64,000 nucleotides of DNA from Haplodiscus bocki. Its lineage: Eukaryota. The DNA lies in assembly GCA_965655095.1 (NCBI GenBank), contig OZ296648.1:8556001-8620000 (forward strand), read 5' to 3'. The notes beneath the pieces were generated by a model that had not been told where the DNA came from, did no database searches, and worked only from the letters and a program-made list of their open reading frames with translations. Position 1 is the first letter of the stretch. Every line of letters starts with the position of its first letter. Of the stretch, positions 62,301-64,000 are shown piece after piece. Both the position numbers and the translations under genes were made by a program.

Positions 62301-64000
62301 CTTGCGTTCCGACATGTTTTCAGGGTTAAGGGGAGCCACCTTGTTCAAAGTCAGGTATAATAGCTACGGAAACAAAGAGGGACTACGTATTACGGGTCGA
62401 ACGAAAAATCAACTTGCGCAGGTGAAAAAAAGCAACTGTACAGAAACAGCACGCAACTGGATAACCGTGTCCTGTACGCGGTGGCCGCCAAGGCGTAGGG
62501 CACAATGTTTTAAAGTGGAATTTAGCAAAAATGCTTCCTTTTAGCCTAAAAACATTAGTTTCTCGGGAACTAAGAAAGATAGTGTCAAGGTGTCTCCACT
62601 TTAGTAAACTAGTGAGAAATGGTTATCTGTTTGGGGTTTTCTCCAGAAACATCTACATTTCAAAACCTAATCTCCCTCTGGCTCAAAATGTGCCCGATTT
62701 TCCTCAGTTTTGGCGTGATTGCTTTCCAGACTATTAATACAGAAAGCTGTTGGCGAAGTTTTCGCTGTCTTTCCGTCCAGAAATAGGGTTTCGAAATTGG
62801 TCAAATCCCTTAACGAATAACGGTAGAACCCCTACCTGCAAGAACCTGTTCCCCTTGCTCAAAAATGGCCCGATTTGGCTCACATTTGGCTTGATTGTTC
62901 TGAAGACTTTCATACACAAATTTATGAACCAAATTTAGATTATCTTTTTCCAATAGTGCTATTTCAGGTTGTAAAGTTCAAGATATTGGTATATACGCAA
63001 TTTTCGGCGTACTTTCCTCACTTTTACCTCATCTAGCCATCGAAAGGGAATGGATGAACGCTATTTTACTCATAAGGAGGTATTTGAAACTCTCTGATCA
63101 GAAGATAGACCAATTTTGAGACCTTTTATACCCTCCAACCCAAGATGCCCCTTCCATCTTCAAACCTATTTTCCTTCATGTAGAGGATCCGTAACGTGGT
63201 CGGCACCGGAATCTTTAAATACACCCTTGGTGCAGTCTATCAGTTTATGTTAGTTTTTATGATCCTTTGGTCAATAGACTGTCGTGACCTGCCCTTTTTC
63301 TACCGACCTATATATTAAGATGGAACTATTTTCTCTCCATGCTTTGAGTCATCCTCATCGCGACTCTGATTTTGGATAAATTTTGCGCTGAGCGTCCAAC
63401 TGTACTTGATTCAAATTGTATGAGATCTAAAGTTTGACTCATCCATGTCGAAATGCAGAGTAACTGCGTGTTCCGCTCGAAGTAACGTTTGCAATTTTAG
63501 TGAGAACTTTAATCAGAAATTGCCGGCTTATCACTAAAACCAGCAATAAAAATGTCTCCGCAGCTGCGAGCGCACGCTACTGCCAAGGAACAATGGACTA
63601 CGACACCCTCTTTAATTCTGGGGTGACTAGTTCTAAGAATAACAATCACCAAAATGTTTTAGCAAGAGTCCGTAACGCCAACAACTGCGCGAATGACACT
63701 CCGGTCTGACTCTGCGGCGAACAGAAAAACGGGAACGAACGAAAAGAACAAAGGGATCCAGAGTGGCTAGCTGAGAGAGGTGCTCTGAGATTGAGAGAAA
63801 AGTGTTGCTTCAAGTGGTGATCGAAGTGGGCAGCTTTTTGGACACTTAGCGTTGAGAACGTTAGTAACTAGCCATTCAGATTAAACATTCTTGTTAGCGC
63901 GAGCTGATGTTCGAGCCCACCGTAATCCTCTGTTCGGTAATTTGTCTCTTCCACAGCTATTGTCTGCTCAATTATAATTTAACGTAATCGTGTGTCTTTG
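56322..64000. repeat. Macrosatellite unit 7 (incomplete, >7.6 kb; closest to the undeleted ~9-kb form)
   Basis: Contains all variable segments in order up to the window end. Confidence 0.9.

Larger units (their letters stand above)
10842..64000. repeat. Head-to-tail macrosatellite, at least 7 copies of a 6.9-8.6 kb mosaic unit; runs off the window end
   Basis: The anchor at(t/c)agaacgag(a/t)tcgtg recurs at 10842, 18711, 26914, 33824, 40838, 49409 and 56322. The same ORF fragments recur in the same order in the ORF track. Confidence 0.98.

Noticed and set aside
10842-64000. Intact or active Polinton, or concatemeric viral genome
   Set aside because: All genes are frameshifted or truncated; no pPolB, integrase, major capsid, protease or TIR recognised.
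10842-64000. rDNA, 5S, snRNA, SL-RNA, tRNA or histone tandem cluster
   Set aside because: No such sequences or Pol III A/B boxes recognised in the unit; a covariance-model search is still needed to exclude divergent ncRNAs.

Overview
AT-rich eukaryotic (most likely animal) genomic DNA; the taxon cannot be fixed from sequence alone. All protein family calls come from my own translation and motif recognition; no database search was run. Bases 1-10.2 kb hold the last three coding exons of an EDEM1-like GH47 gene (+). What appears to be its upstream intron contains a decayed CR1/L2-type LINE (-), itself interrupted by a 2,460-bp FLYWCH-MULE DNA transposon with repeat-built TIRs and a 9-bp TSD. 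An inverted repeat and a ~26-bp minisatellite follow. The remaining ~53 kb (10842 to window end) is a head-to-tail macrosatellite of at least 7 copies of a 6.9-8.6 kb unit (ancestral ~9 kb). The unit is a pseudogenised mosaic: (a) a Polinton/adintovirus-type virion-gene block (A32/FtsK-like packaging ATPase C-terminus, penton/minor capsid C-half, a zinc-ribbon plus amphipathic-helix protein, and two further Polinton-type ORFs); (b) the 3' part of a DUF6729-family-like transposon inserted into that block; (c) a truncated PIF1 helicase; (d) up to ~3.5 kb of unassigned sequence. Disabling mutations are shared by all copies, so decay preceded amplification. The array edge is in register with the flanking minisatellite. 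The best candidate for a new system is this tandemly amplified, mostly single-orientation archive of viral and TE fragments (piRNA-cluster-like or rolling-circle-amplified); that functional reading is inference.
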